DNA from: Ostrea edulis
Taxonomy: Eukaryota
DNA length: 64,000 nucleotides
NCBI RefSeq assembly: GCF_947568905.1
Contig: NC_079168.1
Coordinates: forward strand, 38,688,001-38,752,000
Direction: 5' to 3'
Part shown: positions 13,595 through 26,190 of the stretch, in pieces
Position numbering within the stretch: the first letter of the stretch is position 1
Layout of the letters: each line of letters starts with the position of its first letter
Translations under genes and position numbers: made by a program
Notes under the pieces: generated by a model
Database searches by the model: none
The model's input: the letters and a program-made list of their open reading frames with translations, nothing else
Told to the model about the DNA's origin: nothing

Positions 13595-14190
13595 ATGCAT
13601 TATTATTAATCAATGTTAAGATGATATTGCTATTTATTTGTTTGTTTTCACTTTTGTATCTTAATTCGTTTCTGGTATTGCGTTATTTTGACTGATAAAC
13701 GTTTTTGCTTTGTAATATATTGATCCGTGAAATTATTTGACAGACTGTCTGTGTCATTTATTTCTTTGATGCCTAAACTTGAAATTGAACCACGTTATGA
13801 CTTAATATTCTAACTGGGTCATGTTTTCTTATTTCTTGATCGTATTTTGTCATCAAACTCCTTTTAGGGTTTCGATATACATGTACTAGTAATTAGTGTT
13901 CTGAGAATAAACTTTACAATGTATATCAAAATGTCGACCTTTTAAGTTCAAAGCATGAATGACATTTAGCTTCATTCGTTGATAATTCTCTCGAGAATCT
14001 CCATGCTGCTGGTAATTCATTTCCGGGGATCAGAAAGTAATATAAATAGTTGATATTCTGACTTAAGGTCACTAGGTGTCGTTTTCAAATATGTGAAAAA
14101 GCGGACCAATCAGAAGAGCCTAATTAAACAAGATAAATCATGATGTATACAGGGTTATTTTCGCCCCATGTTTTTTGTTTGTTTGTTTGG

Positions 14191-14295
14191 TTTTTAGCTC
14201 ACCTGAACCGAAGGTTCAAGTGAGCTTTTCTGATCACTTTTTGTCCGTCGTCTGTCTGTCTGGCCGTCTGTCTGTTAAACTTTTCACATTTTTGA

Positions 14296-14333
<38 letters not shown>

Positions 14334-15095
14334 ATGGCCAAAAGCATCCTTGGGTGAAGGGCTTTCAAGTTTGTTCAAATGAAGGGCCATGTCCCTTTCA
14401 AAGGGGAGATAATCACAAAAATGCAAAAATAGGGTGGGATCATTTAAAAATCTTCTTCTCAAGAACCACTAAGCCAGAAAAGCTGAGATTTACATCAAAG
14501 CTTCCTGACATAATGCAGATTCAAATTTGTTCAAATCATGGGCTCCGGGGGTTGGATGGGGCCACAATAGGGGATCAAAGTTTTACATACAAATTTATAG
14601 GAAAAATCTTCTTCTCAAGAACCACTGAGCCAGAAAAGCTGATTTTTACATGAAAACTTTCTGACATAGTGCAGATTCAAGTTTGTTCAAATCATGGCCC
14701 CCGGGGGTAGGATGGGGCCACAAGGGGGATCAAAGTTTTACATACAAATATATAATTAAAATCTTTTTCTCAATAACCACTGAGTCAGAAAAGCTGATAT
14801 TTACAAGAAAACTTTCTGACATAGTGCAGATTCAAGTTTGTTCAAATCATGACCCCCGGGGGTTAGGATGGGGCCACAAGTAGGGGGGGGGGTCAAAGTT
14901 TTACATACAAATATAGGAAAAAGCTTTAAAAATCTTCTTCTCAAGAACCATTGGGCCAAAGAAGTTGACATTTACATGAAAACTTTCTGACATAGTGTAG
15001 ATTCAAGTTTGCAAAGGTTAGTTTGGGCCATAATAGGGACTAAGGTTTTACATGCAAATATATATGGAAAGTCTTTCAGATATGGTCCAAGGTGA

Positions 15096-15130
<35 letters not shown>
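14191..15130 (+). mobile_element. Non-autonomous Helentron (HINE) with internal ~165-bp satellite array
   Basis: SubTIRs ttagctcacctga / tcaggtgagc (15097-15106), a gtct microsatellite near the 5' end, 3' palindrome ggcccatgggcc (15112-15123), and T-rich flanks. Confidence 0.85.
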
Positions 15131-15133
<3 letters not shown>

Positions 15134-16749
15134 GTTTTTTGGGTGTTTTTTTTTTTTTTTTTTTTTTTGCCTTTGTACCTTTGACCATGGTTTCATCCCG
15201 TTTTAGATTGGTCCTGATATAGTTATATTAAACAACTGTTGATTATAGTATATGGCTGTAAATTATAGTATATGAATGCTATTTATAGTGTATGAATATT
15301 TCTTATAGTGTATGAATGTTTTATAGTGTATGAATATCATTTATAATGTAGGAATGTTATTTATACATGTAGTTTGTAACTAAAGTGTAAAACAAAATAT
15401 TTCTTTTTTAATTTTCCTAATCTAAATTTCAGATTGAAAGTGGCACATTTTATGTAATTGTCCATCACTTCATTCTGTTTCTGATATCGTTATTTTTTTT
15501 TTTAATATTCAATTACACATACAAACCTTATATCTAAAACAAATTCAAAGGAGGTTCTTAACAATATTGGCATAATCCATCCATACCACAATGGCGAAAT
15601 TCAGTGTTATTTCATTTCATGTGTTCTTTACAAAATTGACGTATTTTATCAATTTTTAATTGCGTTGATAGCTTTATACAGTCCTGCTCAAGGGTTTTAT
15701 GTTGATTAGTACTTGATAATGTAGATTATGTACCTTTACCTTTAAGGCATTCAGTGTGTTAACAATAAACTTTGTAAAGTCTCACAGAAAAGCTGTCGGT
15801 GTGAAAACAAGTTAACAGGAAGAATTCAGTGTAAGTCTAGAGTCTACAGATTTTATTTAACGATAGAGGACTTTGTCGAGAAATTCTCTGATTCAGTTGT
15901 GAATGACGGACTTTATTCCGGATTCGCTCTGAGGTTTACAACGGCATTATGCTGACGAGAACAAACACGAATATATTCCAGTACAGTTCACAAATGCTTT
16001 TCTTGATTCATGTTTCTTTGAAATTGTGAGGACAAAGACGCTATAATTTATTTTCGTTTCGAGATCTCTTCTCTAATTTCGTTCAGAATTTTCCAATGAA
16101 TTTCACAAGCCCTTCGACAGATGGAATTCCCAAACTATTTCATCGAATCAAATTCATTGGTCCAGAGAGACTTTATCTCAGGAATTGTCCAAGAATTCCA
16201 TTGTATATTCAAACGAAATCAGAAACCAAAGTTAGTGGTACCGTGTTCTGCAAGTAAATCACCGGTCTGGAAAGATTTTGATTTGTATAAAATTTATTTA
16301 AAATAACTATCTTTATAGCGCCTATTGTACTTATTTTCTAGATTCTGGACATGATTCGATATTCCAAGACAACGTCCTCTTGAAATGAATCCCACGTTAA
16401 TGTTCTTCCTGTAGGTTATTGACAGTTCGGAAATCTGAACTTTTCCTCGTTACATGAGTCGCACAACAAAGCTTTATTAAAACATGGGATTAAACCGGAA
16501 GGACCCAGTCATCATATGAAGTGGTTGTTCGATAAGTAAATCTGCCTTTGAAATATATAATTATAAGATTCAAAAGAATTGCATTATTTATTTTATTTTG
16601 ATGTCTCTCAGTCGGTTGAATATACATCCTTTCAGACCATTCCTTCTTATTGGGTATTAACACTCCTCCTAAGTTTCACTAATACATCTATTGTCTTCCT
16701 ATCACTACGCTTCATAGGTTTAGACGCTAATTGAAACGCAGCATCTTGA

Positions 16750-16750
16750 T

Positions 16751-16797
<47 letters not shown>

Positions 16798-16825
16798 GCT
16801 CTCTCTCTTTCTCTCTCTCTCTATT
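16750..16825. repeat. (CT)n microsatellite
   Basis: Direct reading of the sequence. Confidence 0.95.
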
Positions 16826-17436
16826 TCTATAGAGTTTGTTCCTTTTGATTGTTTAATAGATTTCTCTCTCTTTATCGAATTTGTGTGCTTTTTTTCATTG
16901 TCTCATTTAGATTTCTCTCTCTCATAGAGTTAGCATTGTCTAATCTCCTGTAGATATTGAGTAATACCTGTGGACGTTTACCAGATACGTCTAAATTTAA
17001 TAGAATTCATTACGAAAGAAAACGTCAAGTGTGTTGATGACTTGTCTTCATAAATACTTAGTAAAATTAGATTCCCTGTGAAGGGAACGAGAGAATTCAG
17101 ACTAATTCCATGCAATCGGTAAAACTGGTCGGTTGCGTTAACACGTGGTAACCTTGGAAATGCGCGTGTAACCTCTTTTTTTCTTTTTTCTTAATTCCAA
17201 GCATAAACAAATCCAAATGTTTTGTCAATTTCAGACAAAAATAGTATGTATAAAGTTGGTACATTGAAGCCCGAGATCATTCGCCTAACTCTCGTCCTCT
17301 TACATTTTGTATGAATAAACATGACCATGTTATTTAAATACCGAATTTTGGATTGGTCTGTCTGATTCCCTGGACTGTACAGGAGAGTTTGCAGTTGAAT
17401 CTGCAAGCAGACTTAACATAGATAGTACAGAATTCA

Positions 17437-17695
17437 TGTTTGTTTATGTCTTGTCGAGAATTTTTCACTCATGAGACGTCGTCAGCTGTTGGTGAAGTAC
17501 CACAAATTTAGACCTATGCTTAGTGCTCAGGGCCGTGGCATCGAGGGTTCCTTAACGTGCCAACGCCTGCCGCGACACAGGAATTCCGGCTGATAGTCCT
17601 GTGAATGGAGAGCGTTTGTACGTCTTAAGTTTGACGCCGCTATGGCACGATCAGGGGTCGAACTCACGACCTCCCGGTTGCGAAGCGAATGCTCT
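17437..17695 (-). mobile_element. tRNA-derived SINE
   Basis: Minus-strand B-box gagttcgaccc. The 3' body (catgagtgaaaaattctcga...aaacaaac tail) is shared with the copies at 40222 and 48710. Confidence 0.75.
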
Positions 17696-17790
17696 TCGCA
17701 GAATTGTTCATTTGAAAGACATTTCATTGTTGCGAATGTTTCATTTTCTTCCATTATGGATTGCAGATACCAGTATCTGACATTTTCAAA

Positions 17791-18720
17791 ATGTGAAGGT
17801 GATGATAACGAACAGTAATCAATGTCATATCAGTGATTCCTATAAAGAATGCAAAAATAAGAGTAGGGCAAACACGGGCACCTGGACATACCAGAGGTGA
17901 GAGCAGGTACTCAAGAGGAGCAAGCATCCCTCTTTGACTGGTCATACCCGCCGTGAACCCTATATCTTGATCAGGTAAACGGAGTAATCCGTAGTCAAAA
18001 TTAGTGTGTAAAGAACGACTCAAAAATTGGAATGAAACGCGTCAGACATCATTTAACATACTGACAGGTTGTATTGGTAAATGAGATCGTTATATCGATC
18101 ATAGAATTTGCAAAATGCTGACTTTAAACAAGACTGTTGAAACCTCTGTAACACCAACTTACTTGTCAATAGACTGCCTCGATGTAAAAATTGATCATAT
18201 GCAGAACATAGTCTTGCGTATCGAATCAGTTGAGAGACATAAACATCATATGCGGATGACAATGAAATATTGCTAGATAAATATGGAAAGTTGACTATGA
18301 GTTGTTAGTTTCCCGTCAACATCAATATTCAATAGAATATCTAAGTAAGAAGCAGATGTGGAATAGTCTATGGTGTCTTTTATTTTGAGTTTTCTTGGAT
18401 ATATTGAATCGACATATGAATGAAAATGATTATTTTTAATAGATATAACGTCGTCGATGTATCTAAATGCCGTATTAAAAGCCACAGCAACCATTGGTTT
18501 TTCTTCTCATGCAGATGCTTTTAAATAAATGCTACCTCGGAAGAATATAAAAACAGGCGGGCTAATAAAGGAGCACAATTCGTTCCCATTGGAATTTGAA
18601 CAGACTGTTTGGAAGACCTGATCACTAAAGACCATGACGATATTGTCAATGAGCAACTCCAACATCTTTTCAATATCAACTCCAGATTATTTCTGCATAG
18701 AATCAGAGTGGTGTTTAACA
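17791..18720 (-). mobile_element. 5'-truncated Naiad-like Penelope element, RT pseudogene
   Basis: QIPMGTNCAPLLARLFLYS, AFRYIDDVISI, SASYLDILL and AYDVYVSQLIRYAR segments with frameshifts. The ORF ends about 230 bp before the element end. Confidence 0.9.
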
Positions 18721-19194
18721 AAATAATGGTTTGGATGACTGATCACAAGAAATGAATGATTCCTTTATTCATTTTTAAGAAGTTTATGTAAAAAAGGTTA
18801 ATCTTTAATTCATGGTGACGAATGTAGTGTAAGATGTTGAAAAGTCATAGGTTTTGATGTTAAAGATTTGTGAAAAGTGATGTGATTTAAAATTTAATAA
18901 ATGTTTTTTAAAATTTTGTAGAATCCACATCAGATTTACACCACTTCTAGCATATGTGGTGACCTAATACGTTTGAAGTTTCTCCTTCACAGCAGTTAAC
19001 ATTTTCGTGAGGAGCAAAGATAGGAGCTTGGTAGAACATTTAGTGATCCAGCAATGCAATTCTGTTTTTAAGGGTTTTGTGAAGTTTAGGAATCCAGTAT
19101 GGGTACGGGAACTCGTCATTGACCGGGAGATTCAAATATTCAATGTGTTTTAAACTGAAGCAAGATTTTGAAGAATTCCATCTTTAGAAAGGGA

Positions 19195-19286
19195 TATGTC
19201 CAGGGGATCTGTGTTTGCCCAACTATCTATTTTGTATTGCTTGTGGGAGTTGTGAGATTGATCACTGTTCGTTATCGTCACCTTTC

Positions 19287-19354
<68 letters not shown>
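19195..19354 (+). mobile_element. Naiad-like 3' tail abutting a (TA)n(GA)n microsatellite
   Basis: ...gatcactgttcgttatcgtcacctttc followed directly by atatat...gagaga. Confidence 0.8.
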
Positions 19355-19357
<3 letters not shown>

Positions 19358-19416
19358 TTGAGGTGTCGATTTTGGTTCCGATACCTGAACTAGGAATAAT
19401 CGATCGGCTGTACTTC

Positions 19417-19775
19417 TAACTGAACCAGGAATCTAATAACTGAACCATGGATCTATTAAATGAACTAGGAATCTAATAACTGGACCAGGAATCTAATAAC
19501 TGAACCATGGATCTATTAAATGAACTAGGAATCTAATAACTGAACCAGGAATCTAATAACTGAACTAGGAATCTAATAAATGAAGTAGGAATCTAATAAA
19601 TGAACCAGGAATCTAATAACTAAACCAGGAATCTAATAACTGAACTAGGAATCTAATAACTGAACTAGGAATCTAATAACCGAACCAGGAATCTAATAAC
19701 TGAACCAGGAATCTAATAACTGAACCAGGAATCTAAAAACTGAATTAGGAATCTAATACCTGAACCAAGAATCAT
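19417..19775. repeat. 20-bp minisatellite (tgaaccaggaatctaataac), ~17 units
   Basis: 20-bp periodicity read directly. Confidence 0.95.
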
Positions 19776-19899
19776 CGGTTCTTTTTCTCGAAAATCTTTC
19801 ACTTATTAAACAATCAATCGGTTCTTTTTCTAATACCTGAACCAGGAATCATCGGTTCTATTCCAAATCACGGGGGGGGGGGGGGGGGGGGGGGAGGGG

Positions 19900-20139
19900 G
19901 AAGAACAATCGTTCCCAATAAATGAACAAGCAGTCACGGGCTTTTCCCCCATGATATGAAAAAGCGATTATTGACTCTTTTCTCAATAAATAACAAGCAA
20001 TAGTTTATTCTATTCTCTATAAATAACAGGACAATCATTGATTTTATTCTCAATAAATAAAAAGACAATCATTGATTCTATTCCCAATAGATAACAAGCA
20101 ATCATTGATTCTATTCCCAATAAATAACAAGACAATCAT
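19900..20139. repeat. ~33-bp degenerate minisatellite (ttctattcccaataaataacaagacaatcattga)
   Basis: caatc at 20066, 20099 and 20133. Confidence 0.85.
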
Positions 20140-23043
20140 GGAGACAGGCGAATAAAGTGTAGAGTTATAATGAACATGGAGACAGACGAATATAGTATAG
20201 AGTTATGATGAGTGTGAAGACAGGCAAATAGAGTGTAGAGTTATGATGAGTGTGAAGACAGGTGAATAGAGTATAGAGTTATAATGAGTGTGGAGACAGA
20301 CGAATAGAGTGTAGAGTTATAATGAGTGTGGAGACAGGTGAATAGAGTGTAGAGTTACAATGAACATGGAGACAGACGAATAGAATATAGAGTTATGATG
20401 AGTGTGAAGACAGGTGAATAGAGTGTAGAGTTATAATGAGTGTGAAGACAGGCGAATAGAGTGTAGAGTTATAATGAGTGTGGAGATAGACGAATAGAGT
20501 GTAGAGTTATAATGAGTGTGGAGACAGACGAATAGAGTGTAGAGTTATAATTAACATGGAGACAGACGAATAGAGTGTAGAGTTATAATGAGTGTGGAGA
20601 CCGACGAATAGAGTGTAGAGTTATAATGAGTGTGGAGACAGACGAATAGAGTGTAGAGTTATAATGAGTGTGGAGACAGGTGAATAGAGTGTAGAGTTAT
20701 AATTAACATGGAGACAGGCGAGTAGAGTGTAGAGTTATAATAAACATGGAGACAGGCGAATAGAGTGTAGAGTTATAATAAACATGGAGACAGGCGAATA
20801 GAGTGTAGAGTTATAATAAACATGGAGACAGACGAATAGAGTGTAGAGTTACAATGAATATGGAGAGAGGCGAATAGAATGTAGAGTTATAATGAGCGTG
20901 GAGACAGGCGAATAGAGTGTAGAGTTATAATGAACATGGAGACAGACGAATAGAGTGTAGAGTTACAATGAATATGGAGAGAAGCGAATAGAGTGTAGAG
21001 TTATAATGAGTGTGAAGACAGGTGAATAGAGTGTAGAGTTATAATGAACATTGAGACAGACGAATGGAGTGTAGAGTTATAATAAACATGGAGACAGACG
21101 AATAGAGTGTAGAGTTACAATGAATATGGAGAGAAGCGAATAGAGTGTAGAGTTATAATGAACATTGAGACAGACGAATGGAGTGTAGAGTTATAATAAA
21201 CATGGAGACAGACGAATAGAGTGTAGAGTTACAATGAATATGGAGAGAAGCGAATAGAGTGTAGAGTTATAATGAACATGGAGACAGACGAATAGAGTGT
21301 AGAGTTACAATGAATATGGAGAGAGGCGAATAGAGTATAGAGTTATAATGAACATTGAGACAGACGAATAGAGTGTAGAGTTACAATGAATATGGAGAGA
21401 GGCGAATAGAGTGTAGAGTTATAATGAGTGTGGAGACAGGTGAATAGAGTGTAGAGTTATAATGAGTGTGGAGACAGGCGAATAGAGTGTAAAGTTATAA
21501 TTAACATTGAGACAGACGAATAAAGTGTAGAGTTATAATGAACATGGAGACAGGCGAATAGAGTGTAGAGTTATAATGAACATGGAGACAGGCGAGTAGA
21601 GTGTAGAGTTATAATGAGTGTGGAGACAGGCGAATAGAGTGTAGAGGTACAATGAACATGGAGAGAGGCGAGTAGAGTTACAATGAACATGGAGACAGGC
21701 GAATAGAGTGTAGAGTTATAATGAACATGGAGACAGACGAATAGAGTGTAGAGTTACAATGAATATGAAGAGAAACGAATAGAGTGTAGAGTTACAATGA
21801 ACATTGAGACAGACGAATGGAGTGTAGAGTTATAATGAACACGAGGACAGGCGAATAGAGTATAGAGTTATAATGAACATGGAGACAGACGAATAGAGTG
21901 TAGAGTTACAATGAATATGGAGAGAGGCGAATAGAGTGTAGAGTTATAATGAGTGTGGAGACAGGTGAATAGAGTGTAGAGTTATAATGAGTGTGGAGAC
22001 AGGTGAATAGAGTGTAGAGTTACAATGAACATGGAGACAGACGAATAGAGTGTAGAGTTACAATGAATATGGAGAGAGGCGAATAGAGTGTAGAGTTACA
22101 ATGAACATTGAGACAGACGAATGGAGTGTAGAGTTATAATGAACACGAGGACAGGCGAATAGAGTATAGAGTTATAATGAACATGAGGACAGGCGAATAG
22201 AATATAGAGTTATAATGAACATGGAGACAGACGAATAGAGTGTAGAGTTACAATGAATATGGAGAGAGGCGAATAGAGTGTAGAGTTACATTGAACATTG
22301 AGACAGACGAATGGAGTGTAGAGTTACAATGAACATGGAGAGAGGCGAATAGAATGTAGAGTTACAATGAACATGGAGACAGACGAGTAGAGTGTAGAGT
22401 TACAATGAACATGGAGACAGACAAATAGAGTGTAGAGTTATAATGAGTGTGGAGACAGACGAATAGAGTATAGAGTTACAATGAACATGGAGACAGACGA
22501 ATAGAGTGTAGAGTTACAATGAATATGGAGACAGACGAATAGAGTATAGAGTTACAATGAACATTGAGACAGACGAATAGAGTGTAGAGTTACAATGAAC
22601 ATGGAGACAGACGAATAGAGAATAGAGTTACAATGAACATTGAGACAGGCGAGTAGAGTGTAGAGTTATAATGAACATGAAGACAGGCGAATGGAGTGTA
22701 GAGTTACAATGAATATGGAGACAGGCAAATAGAGTGTAGAGTTATAATGAACATGAAGACAGACGAATGGAGTGTAGAGTTATAATGAACATGAAGACAG
22801 GCGAATGGAGTGTAGAGTTACAATGAATATGGAGACAGGCAAATAGAGTGTAGAGTTACAATGCGCGTGGAGACAGGCGAATAGAGAGTATAGTTACAAT
22901 GAACATGAAGACACGCGAATAGAGTGTAGAGTTATAATGAAGATGGAGACAGGTGAATAAAGTGTAGAGTTATAATGAGTGTGGAGACAGACGAATAGAG
23001 TGTAGAGTTACGGTCTTATAGGGTTACAATGAGCGTGGAAACA
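20140..23043. repeat. 38-bp satellite array, ~76 units (ggagacagacgaatagagtgtagagttataatgaacat)
   Basis: 38-bp period with ordered variant units and no unique spacers. Confidence 0.97.
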
Positions 23044-23637
23044 GGCCCCTTCCAAACAATTATGAAATTTATGACCTCAGGGTCAGTGATGCAGGAACCA
23101 AAGGTTACAAATATTTCTCCCAGACTTATTATATGATTTTTGAGAGACACTGAGTTATTACCTCAAGACGATGCTCAGCGATAAACACAACTGTTGAGGT
23201 ATACTCAGGTTACCGTTAAGGTCCATTGGCCTGTATCTTAGGAGTCGAGTTTTTGGTTTTTCATTGATAGTAGGATACTCATTGTCACCATAATGGATAA
23301 AAAAAATATGAGAAATTGAATAATCAATAGTTCTTGTCGTAATTGAGATGAAGCCGCTTTATTGTGATTTTGTCTTTCCCGTGGACATATTGATCGAGTT
23401 CTTCACGATTCAGAGTAATCCTTTACGTTTTTGTCCGGAAGTAATGTTTAATACCACGTTCCTTCTCAAGATTTCAATGACTGTTTTATTTAATTTTTGA
23501 CATAGACTAAGATAAAAATTGTTGTATCATTCACAACAGATAGTAAAACGACATATTGATATTCAATTTACGGATGTATGGAGAGGCTTATGTTTCTTGC
23601 TATTAAATTACAATCACTGTAATTTTGCATAAGTGAT

Positions 23638-24421
23638 ACAAGAGGCTCAATGGCAACAAGGCTCACCAGAGCCACATTGATTATACATAGATACTTATAC
23701 TGTATATTGTAACCCGCCCTGACTCCGGGATTCATGTACATTATATGACGATCCTTACAGAAGAAGATAACGAACAGTGATCAATCTCATAATTCCCGCA
23801 AGGTATACAAAATTAAGAAAAAGGCAAACATATGGACCCCTACACATACCAGAGGTGGGATCAGGTGCCTAGGAGGAGTAAGCATCTCCTGTCAACCGGT
23901 CACACCCGCCGTGAGACTTAAATCTGAATTTTACACATTATATCTTTATAGTTCCACTAGATTTTCAAAGAATTTTCCCAAATACTCCTAAGGATGACTT
24001 TAATCTCTTATTATGACCCCGTCCTGACCTTGCTACTTATGGTTTGAATGCTTTCATACAAGTCTCGATTTTTCTGGATCAATGGTTCTTGCGAAGTTTG
24101 TAAACAAACCACCCTATTCCTATTTTTTATCCCTTCATGTCGCCAGGGCGAGGCCACAACTGAACCGTTTTCAATCAAAGGAAGCTTTCAGGCAGAATTT
24201 GGCTTTTCTGGCTGATTGGTATCTGAGAAAAATAGTTATGAAACACCCCTACTCTATTTTCCAAGTATCTTCCTTCAAATGAACTTGAAGTCTGGTTGAG
24301 CGTGGCTAAGTATTGTTGAAAATGTGAGAGATTTACTACTACTACAACGTGGACATTGACAAAATGTAAAAAGAAAAGCTCACTTTAGCCTTCGACATGA
24401 GTGAAAAGGGCGAACTAAAAT
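23638..24421 (-). mobile_element. Degenerate Helentron interrupted by a Naiad tail (23757-23915)
   Basis: acaagaggctc...gctcacc end at 23638 and aaagctcact...gaactaaaa end at about 24420. Confidence 0.55.
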
Positions 24422-24884
24422 TAATCAAACGTGCTTTTAAGAAGGTGAAACTCGGGGTGGGGGTGTATGTTATTATGTATTGTGATCACAATTCGTTATG
24501 TTTGCCAATTTGGAGATATACTGTGGTAACGACTGAGTATTTCGTCATTATTAATCAGGGAATAGTCTGCCTTTAGCACGCAATCACTTCTTCAGCTGCA
24601 TTATTCTCGAAATGACACTCCAATTTGAAATCATGACTGGATAAGTCACACTCGTGACTAAGGGCTAGAGGGAATGATGTAGCATTAATCTTAACGAAGA
24701 GATCGGCAATTCAGTAATTGTTGTTCACACATCATCTTCTAAATGTAGTTGACGATCTTGATATTTGTGCAGATCTGCAATTGGAATAAAAAAAAATTAA
24801 ATTTCGTTGACATCTATCAGAAAACACGAAACACGGAGGTTGGTGACGAAACAACACACGTGAGTCTTCGGCAAAAGTGAGAAA

Positions 24885-25340
24885 AGCATTCGATCCGCAT
24901 GTGTAAAACATGTTGCGATAAGTTTGGAAATTCAAAAAACTTAATTTTTGATTGTGTAAATGCACAAATTGTATGGAAAATAGTTAGTAATTTCATGGGT
25001 TTTGATATAAAATGTCGTTGGATTTTTCTCTGTTTGCTAACCTTAGATAGTATCAATATTGAATGTCATAACCCCATCCTCTGAGAGGAGGGGGGGGGGG
25101 GGCCTCAGCTGAAGATCAAGAGGATACTTTTATGGACTATTAATAATTGTGTATCCTCTTGCATGTGTGGGCCATTCAATCAATACCAACATTACTATTA
25201 TCACTAGTACTATTCAATGATTTTTGTTTTTGTTAATCTAAATGTCCTATAATACTCATGCAGCTGTGAATCTGTTTATTATATGTATCAATTGTTTGTG
25301 TATAGCGTTTTAATAATAAAAACTTATAGTTTTTTTAAAA
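24885..25340 (+). mobile_element. L1/Tx1-like LINE 3' relic (zf-RVT)
   Basis: CKTCCDKFGNSKNLIFDCVNAQIVWKIV, resembling CxxC...HxxFxC...W, followed by aataaa and an A-rich end. Confidence 0.55.
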
Positions 25341-25849
25341 AAGCATCCCACATAATAGACTTAAGGAAAAATACCGCATTATAGACTTAATTAAGGAGGA
25401 ATATGATACATTGTCAGCATGACCAACTTCCTTTGGAAACTTAAATGAAAATATAAATATCAGCAATATATGTATATTCCCTTTAAATCTAATTTCCTAG
25501 CTGCTAGCTGAGTATGTTAACGTGTCAACTACGGATCTGCCTCTTGATATAGTTTGAAATTTTCATCACAGGTGGGATTCCGTACAAAGCATGATAAATA
25601 TGGAGCGCCATATTAAATAATACTCAAATATTTAAAGATATCATTTTAGAATCATTTGATGATATCATCAATTCATTTGATGCGCGCAACAATTCAATTA
25701 AACATCTCTTCAAATAATTAAAGTTATCTTCAAATCTAAATTATTGCGCGCATCGAATGAATTGTTAATATCATTAATTATTTTGTTGAATTAATGCGCG
25801 CTACAATTGAATGGTTGCTCTATGGCAAGCCCTTTTACTATTTATTCGA

Positions 25850-26190
25850 AAAATAAGATATCTCTTTAAATTAAAGAGATATCTCTTATTTTAAAGAGAT
25901 ATTTCTTTAAAATGAGAGATATCTCTTAATCTTAAGAGATATCTCTCTAAATAAGAGATATATCTTGCACTTCGAAAGATATCTCTTTCACCTAGAGAGA
26001 TATCTCTTTCACTTAGAGAGATATCTTTTATACTTTAAGAGATATCTCTTTTACTTTGAGAGCTATCTCCTTCACTTAAAGAGATATCTCTCTAAGAATT
26101 CCTAGAGAGATATCTCTCAAAGTATAAGAGATATCTCTTTAATCGTTGAAAAAGAGATATCTCTCAAAGAGAAAGAGATATCTCTTTCCA
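25850..26190. repeat. Array of ~16 copies of the palindrome AGAGATATCTCT at ~20-26-bp spacing
   Basis: Direct reading; likely the subterminal repeats of a MITE. Confidence 0.85.

Noticed and set aside
16121-16306. hAT BED-finger from the KSPVWKDF motif
   Set aside because: There are no downstream CxxC/H-H ligands, and a stop follows within 8 codons.
17791-18050. SECIS or selenoprotein-type Naiad, or a hammerhead ribozyme
   Set aside because: No consistent ATGA..AA..GA SECIS core or CTGATGA/GAAA core across copies. The RT disruptions are frameshifts and mixed stops rather than in-frame TGAs.
20140-23043. 38-bp array as a CRISPR array
   Set aside because: The units are contiguous with only point variants and no unique spacers. 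There are no cas genes and the context is eukaryotic.
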